A stretch of 64,000 bases of DNA from Candidatus Taenariivivens baikalensis (GTDB lineage Bacteria; Omnitrophota; Omnitrophia; Omnitrophales; Aquincolibacteriaceae). The translations under genes and the position numbers were made by a program. Positions 59,273-64,000 of this stretch are shown in pieces. The first letter of the stretch is position 1. Every line of letters begins with the position of its first letter. The stretch is taken from positions 1,738 to 65,737 of the forward strand of contig SICL01000001.1 in NCBI GenBank assembly GCA_009691445.1, given 5' to 3'. Under the pieces are notes generated by a model. It was not told the origin of the DNA. It was given only the letters and a program-made list of their open reading frames with translations, and ran no database searches.

Positions 59273-59692
59273 TTAGTTTATCTCTTGAATCTCTTCTGGA
59301 TCCGAAAAGTCATTCGTTTTAGTTTCAAGCCAGTGGTTATAGGCATAGTCTAAAACGCGGAATTTATCGATCGGATCAATTCTCAAAAAATGGATGCCGT
59401 GATCAAACCCTTGATTATTACCTTCAGAAGGAGTTGTCCACATCACCTTCCCATTCGTGTGAATAGGCTTGGGATCATCAGGGATAATAATTTCAAGATC
59501 CACCGTTGCGCCTCTCTCCAGATTTACATTGGAGTTGACTTTGAGGCCTTCACGCGAGATATCTTTGCTCAACGTGACAGAATCTGCCTGAACGCCACCC
59601 GGTAACCTGCATTTTACGCTCATATAAGCATCAAAACGCTTGAATTTTCTTCTGTCTTTCTCCATAAATAAACTCTCCAATTGGCTCATCAT
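59273..59692 (-). CDS. PilZ domain protein
   Basis: RRKFKR (RxxxR) and DISREG (DxSxxG). Confidence 0.9.
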   Translation of the reverse strand: MMSQLESLFMEKDRRKFKRFDAYMSVKCRLPGGVQADSVTLSKDISREGLKVNSNVNLERGATVDLEIIIPDDPKPIHTNGKVMWTTPSEGNNQGFDHGIHFLRIDPIDKFRVLDYAYNHWLETKTNDFSDPEEIQEIN

Positions 59693-59810
59693 CGTGGTTC
59701 ATTTTTAAACTTTAAATAAGCTAAAAACTAACAGAAATGAAAATGGCCTCGAATATATTGAAACTATAACACGGGGTCTTGATAATTACAAGGGCAGGGG
59801 CCCGCTTTTT

Positions 59811-60308
59811 TTATGACCGGTAGTTGGTGAATTGGAGTGGAACAGAGAATGAAGAGGACTTGAGAAGCTGCATTACAGCCTGAAGTTCATCCTTACTTTT
59901 CGACGTAACGCGAATCTGCTCATCCTGAATAGCGGCTTGTACCTTTAAGTCTGAATTTTTTATCACTTTAACAATCTCTTTAGCTTTCTCCACCGGAATC
60001 CCTTGGATCAGCTCAATCTCTTGCCGAAGGTTTCCCTCAAAAGCCCGTTCTGGATCTTTAAAATTCATGGATTTAACCGAGATTCCCCGTGCCGTCATCC
60101 TTGTTTTTAGGATATCGTGAAGATTTCTAAGCTTCAAGTCATCATCCGCCAACACTTTAATTTTCTTCTCTGTTTTTATGAATTCAAGATTGCTTTTTGT
60201 TCCCTTAAAATCAAAACGGGTATGAATCTCTTTGAGTGATTGATTTACGGCGTTATCAACTTCTTGAAGATCAATTTTGGAGACAATATCAAAAGAAAAC
60301 TGAGGCAT
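59811..60308 (-). CDS. yajQ: YajQ family nucleotide-binding protein
   Basis: SFDIVS, RFDFKG, VQA.IQ..Q.RV..K..D.LQ, QFTNYR. Confidence 0.96.
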   Translation of the reverse strand: MPQFSFDIVSKIDLQEVDNAVNQSLKEIHTRFDFKGTKSNLEFIKTEKKIKVLADDDLKLRNLHDILKTRMTARGISVKSMNFKDPERAFEGNLRQEIELIQGIPVEKAKEIVKVIKNSDLKVQAAIQDEQIRVTSKSKDELQAVMQLLKSSSFSVPLQFTNYRS

Positions 60309-60315
60309 ATTTGAA

Positions 60316-61353
60316 TTATTTGAGTGAGCGGATGAAAACATCCGGAAAGGATTCAGAAAAATCTTTTGTTTTGAAATTATTCAATACTTTTTCTGCTTCC
60401 TCAAAGGTTTTAAAGCGTCCTACGAACACGCAATGGTAAACACGCCCGCTTTGACGCTTGAGCGATTGAATGAAACCCGGAAAGGATTGCATTTTAATCA
60501 TCCCAAGTTTCTTCTCGGCATCGGCTAGATTCGCATAAGTTGCAACTTGAATAACATAGGGGCTGGTGACTTCCTGGTTGCCTGAATTCGGCTTAGGGGC
60601 CTGTTTTTCATCTCGTGGCATCAGTTCAGCCGTTTCTTTTGACTTTGTCGATAATGAAAGGGATGTGAAATCAGCGCCCTCGGTTACCTTAACCTCTTTG
60701 ACCTGAGGCATTATTTTTTTGGGATTATGATGCGGGCTCATCATGGCTCTTTCCCGCTGATTATTGAGCGAGTGAATCCCCATTAAAATCAAAGCCAATA
60801 TTGCAACTCCGCCTGTCCAATAAATATTTTTATTCTGATTTGGCTTTAAACTGTCTTTAACGCGTAAAAGTCGGACCAGACTCAAACTAACGCGAATAAA
60901 AAATCCTGTAACAATTCTCAAAAATTCAACCACTGCCGAAGGACCCTGTCGTTCCGGTTTAACATTTTCCCGTGACATCCCGGTGAGAGCTTTTCCTGGC
61001 GTGCTTAGTTTTACGGGATTTTGTGATGGGCCTTTAAGCTCTTGCTCCAGCCATTTAGAAGAAGGTATGGCCAACTTGGGAACAGATTCTGTGGTAGGGG
61101 CTGCAGAAACAAGTCGAGTTGTGGAAGACGGTGATGTGAAAAGGTCCAAAGACTTTCCATGGGGTCGATTAAAATCGACAGGTGACACCGAATTCACCCT
61201 TGCTTCTGTCTTTCCAGGCTGTTGTTTCTCTTCCCGATGCGGGGCGCGGTAGGTACCATAGAGGCGGTTTTGAATCTCGGTCTCCGAGAGTGTATTTAAA
61301 CCATCACTTTTCTTCTTTTTTGGATCAACAGGCCCCATATCCTCGTTCCTCAC
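60316..61353 (-). CDS. Membrane-anchored SPOR domain protein
   Basis: TM then Y.IQVATY...V.VG.F...D.FIR. Confidence 0.8.
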   Translation of the reverse strand: MRNEDMGPVDPKKKKSDGLNTLSETEIQNRLYGTYRAPHREEKQQPGKTEARVNSVSPVDFNRPHGKSLDLFTSPSSTTRLVSAAPTTESVPKLAIPSSKWLEQELKGPSQNPVKLSTPGKALTGMSRENVKPERQGPSAVVEFLRIVTGFFIRVSLSLVRLLRVKDSLKPNQNKNIYWTGGVAILALILMGIHSLNNQRERAMMSPHHNPKKIMPQVKEVKVTEGADFTSLSLSTKSKETAELMPRDEKQAPKPNSGNQEVTSPYVIQVATYANLADAEKKLGMIKMQSFPGFIQSLKRQSGRVYHCVFVGRFKTFEEAEKVLNNFKTKDFSESFPDVFIRSLK

Positions 61354-61844
61354 GACTTGAGCTTTTTTGCTCCTGCCGATAAGAGCAAGGAGAACTTAAG
61401 CAGCTCTACCGGGCCAAGATGAACCTTGGCTCGCTGAATAAACCCGGACTTTTGACACATAATCGCGGCTGCCTTCATCCGTGATGTCGCTTTAAAAATA
61501 ACTTCATCATAACCGAAGGCGTTACAAAACAGCATTGCCTCGTCAACAAGTTTTTTTCCAACTTTTTGATTACGAAAAGGCTCAGCAACAAATAAGCGAC
61601 GCAAAAGAGCCACACGAGCATCTTCCTTTTTGATTCCCACAGTCCCAACAACCTCATGGTCGCTATTTATCGCAACAAAAAAAGCTTCTCCGCTTTCCCC
61701 ATAGGAGGCGTCAACATTGCGTAGATCATCCAACGGATAAGCTGCTCTTTCATCATGAAACTCGGCATTCATGACCTGTGTAATGAGCTCCTCAACCATG
61801 CTTTGATCTTGTGGCGAAAAGCGGCGAATCACAATCTGGCTCAT
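61350..61844 (-). CDS. GNAT acetyltransferase
   Basis: VVGTVG, LRRLFV...RNQKVG. Confidence 0.88.
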   Translation of the reverse strand: MSQIVIRRFSPQDQSMVEELITQVMNAEFHDERAAYPLDDLRNVDASYGESGEAFFVAINSDHEVVGTVGIKKEDARVALLRRLFVAEPFRNQKVGKKLVDEAMLFCNAFGYDEVIFKATSRMKAAAIMCQKSGFIQRAKVHLGPVELLKFSLLLSAGAKKLKS

Positions 61845-61858
61845 AGCGTAGATATCCT

Positions 61859-62158
61859 TTATTTCTTGGAAGAACCTTCAGCTTTTTTAGCAGGAGCGGC
61901 CTTCTTAGAGGGTTCGGCTTTTTTCCCTGCGGCAGCAGGCGCAACAGCACCGGCGGCAGGTTTAGCTTCGCCCGCTTTGGCAGTTTTTGCCTTTTTAACC
62001 TTGATCTTCATTGATTTAAACTTGGGAAGACCATAGACCGATTTGGTCTCATCCCATGGACTATCACCCTGCATTTTTTTTATGCGTTCAGTTCTCTTTA
62101 AAACATTACGGTGACGTGTACCCACCGTATCAATTTTCAAGCTTGGATGCTGTGACAT
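61859..62158 (-). CDS. PVC-superphylum small basic protein with Ala/Lys tail
   Basis: MS.H.SLK...HRNVLKR.ERI, S.YGLPK. Confidence 0.85.
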   Translation of the reverse strand: MSQHPSLKIDTVGTRHRNVLKRTERIKKMQGDSPWDETKSVYGLPKFKSMKIKVKKAKTAKAGEAKPAAGAVAPAAAGKKAEPSKKAAPAKKAEGSSKK

Positions 62159-62298
62159 ATTAGCCCTTTCCCTCAATGGTTATTAGTTCAGAATGAGGAG
62201 AGTATACTGAGATCAATCATCATTGGCTAGCTGAAATTCGAAAAACAGGCAGAAATAATAAATCCGCCAAAGCTGGGGACAATCTGGTAGAGAATAGC

Positions 62299-62964
62299 CT
62301 AAGTGCGAGGCATATTACGAATGTACGCATCCGTGGGCGCTACTCCCTGCCCTTTCAGGTCTTTGAGAAACAAAACCGCTTTAAGATGCGAATCAAATCC
62401 GTTGGTGCAAACATTGAAGTATTTCCCTGTGCTATAAATAAAACTTTGAAGTCCTTGTTTAGCAAGCTTTTGACGGAGATTTTCTGCGATTAGCTTTTGT
62501 TTAAACATGACGATTTGGATGGTGTATTTTCCAGTAGGTTTAGCGCTTCCATCGAGTGGACGGTTTGGGGAAGTCAACATAGCTTTTCCTGAAATAACCT
62601 GCGAGTCCCTTGAAGGATTCAAGGGACTTCCCGATTCAAAAAAAGCTGGGGATTCCTGCTGTGACTTCGATCTGGAAGTATCTGCCGGAATTGGAAAATC
62701 AGAGCTTTTTGAAATGGTTGGAATCGTTAAGGTCTGCTGAATGGTTCGCCGGAGTTGAATTTGATGTTTCCGCTCGGTTCGTTTCCCCTCTTCAACTCCC
62801 ATCGTATAAACTAAGCTGAGCGCCACAAGCGACACGATAAGCACCACCAAAAGATGATCAAACGCCAACGTTATTTTTCGACGTTGTAGGAAATTACTTT
62901 CCTGATCATGTCCTGGAAAATGAATTGAATCTGCGGATTTTATTTCAAAAAGATCTTTCTGCAT
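62299..62964 (-). CDS. Membrane-anchored SPOR domain protein
   Basis: TM + GVEEG, YTIQ, DAYIR. Confidence 0.78.
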   Translation of the reverse strand: MQKDLFEIKSADSIHFPGHDQESNFLQRRKITLAFDHLLVVLIVSLVALSLVYTMGVEEGKRTERKHQIQLRRTIQQTLTIPTISKSSDFPIPADTSRSKSQQESPAFFESGSPLNPSRDSQVISGKAMLTSPNRPLDGSAKPTGKYTIQIVMFKQKLIAENLRQKLAKQGLQSFIYSTGKYFNVCTNGFDSHLKAVLFLKDLKGQGVAPTDAYIRNMPRT

Positions 62965-64000
62965 GAACCCTCTCGTTAACTAAATTACGGCATGATTCAC
63001 TCAGGACATAAGCGCTTTTTCGAATGATTCGTATTTGAGTTGCATAATCCACTTCCACAATTCCGAACCGAGGGCCGAAACCATGCGCCCATTCAAAGTT
63101 ATCCAGAAGCGACCAATAAAAATAGCCGCCAATTTCAACGCCTTCGCTTGCAGCTCGCTTCAAAGCTGCTAAATGATCCTGAATAAAACGCACCCGCTGC
63201 TCATCGTCCTTAGCACAAATTCCATTTTCCATAATCATCACGGGAAGCTTATAGCGCCGAAGTCGTTTCAGCACGTGGTACAAACCGTCTGGGAAAACTT
63301 CCCATCCCATAACATTCAATTCCTTAACCTCATTTTCATGAAGCGCCTTATCATCCAAATCCCCCAGGATATTCATCAAAGACCAGCCTTTGAATCTAAT
63401 AAAATCACGGGTGTAGTAATTCACACCGATAAAATCGAGGGTGTTTTTAAGGGGTAAGTATTCGCAAAAAACTCCAGGAAAAAAAAGAAAGCCTGTATGC
63501 AGAGCGGTGATCATAAGATCATTAAAAAACCAATTTCGAAGGTGAACTGACACGCGGTCCATAAAGCTATCTTTACGCGCCGGGGTAAAGCAGCTCATAT
63601 GCTTTGCTATTGAAACCCAGACAGGCGTTTTTATAACGTCCTCGTAGTATTGGTGAATCACACGGTAGGCTTGAACATGCGCATGAATCAAATGGTAAAG
63701 AACTTTCAGTCCCGCATGAATCGACTTGATGCCGGGAGGCCATGATCCTTCAATAAATCCAAAATATAAATAGACCAAGGGTTCATTAATCGTAATCCAA
63801 TAGCGGACATAAGGACTGAAGGCCTGGGTAACGCGGCTGACATAGCGCGTAAAAATGATGATACTTTCAGGATTTAGCCATCCTCCTTTCTGAGAGAACC
63901 ATAGAGGATTGGTAAAATGATGCAGGGTAACAACGGGTTCTATGCCCCGACGGTGAAGCTCCTTAAATATTTCCAAGTAGTGATCAAAGGCGGATTGATC
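62945..64000 (-). CDS. Glycoside hydrolase family 1 (5' end outside window)
   Basis: VTLHHF, TINEP, G.NYY, ENG, WSLLDNFEW..G...RFG. Confidence 0.94.
   Translation of the reverse strand, partial: DQSAFDHYLEIFKELHRRGIEPVVTLHHFTNPLWFSQKGGWLNPESIIIFTRYVSRVTQAFSPYVRYWITINEPLVYLYFGFIEGSWPPGIKSIHAGLKVLYHLIHAHVQAYRVIHQYYEDVIKTPVWVSIAKHMSCFTPARKDSFMDRVSVHLRNWFFNDLMITALHTGFLFFPGVFCEYLPLKNTLDFIGVNYYTRDFIRFKGWSLMNILGDLDDKALHENEVKELNVMGWEVFPDGLYHVLKRLRRYKLPVMIMENGICAKDDEQRVRFIQDHLAALKRAASEGVEIGGYFYWSLLDNFEWAHGFGPRFGIVEVDYATQIRIIRKSAYVLSESCRNLVNERVHAERSF

Overview
Gene-dense bacterial chromosome segment, mostly on the minus strand. It is probably PVC superphylum (it carries the PVC 'small basic protein'); Omnitrophota is my inference only. 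Housekeeping content: rph (5' end), queE, queC, murI, lipA, nnrE, miaB, orn, miaA, argS, rsfS, nadE, tRNA-Ala(CGC), yajQ. It also has an aerobic-respiration block (coxBACD plus accessory ORFs, sdhCAB, and a coproporphyrin-dependent heme pathway built from HemD-HemE and HemH-HemQ fusions), carbohydrate genes (glgP, tal-pgi fusion, GH1) and a lipid-catabolic cluster. I saw no transposase, integrase, reverse transcriptase or CRISPR array. The most striking signal is sub-genic. At least eight copies of a short palindromic GTCAT...ATGAC element are present, plus heptamer-built and GGATCC-centred palindromes. Five GTCAT copies and one heptamer hairpin sit in frame inside intact genes (MiaB twice, an epimerase, HemY, two signal peptides) and add about 21-36 residues each. 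Other leads: a close homologue of eukaryotic PTGES2 coupled to the cox operon, a lipoyl domain lacking its lysine next to lipA, and an orphan NDT-like gene behind a strong hairpin. All calls come from motif recognition by eye; no database searches were run.
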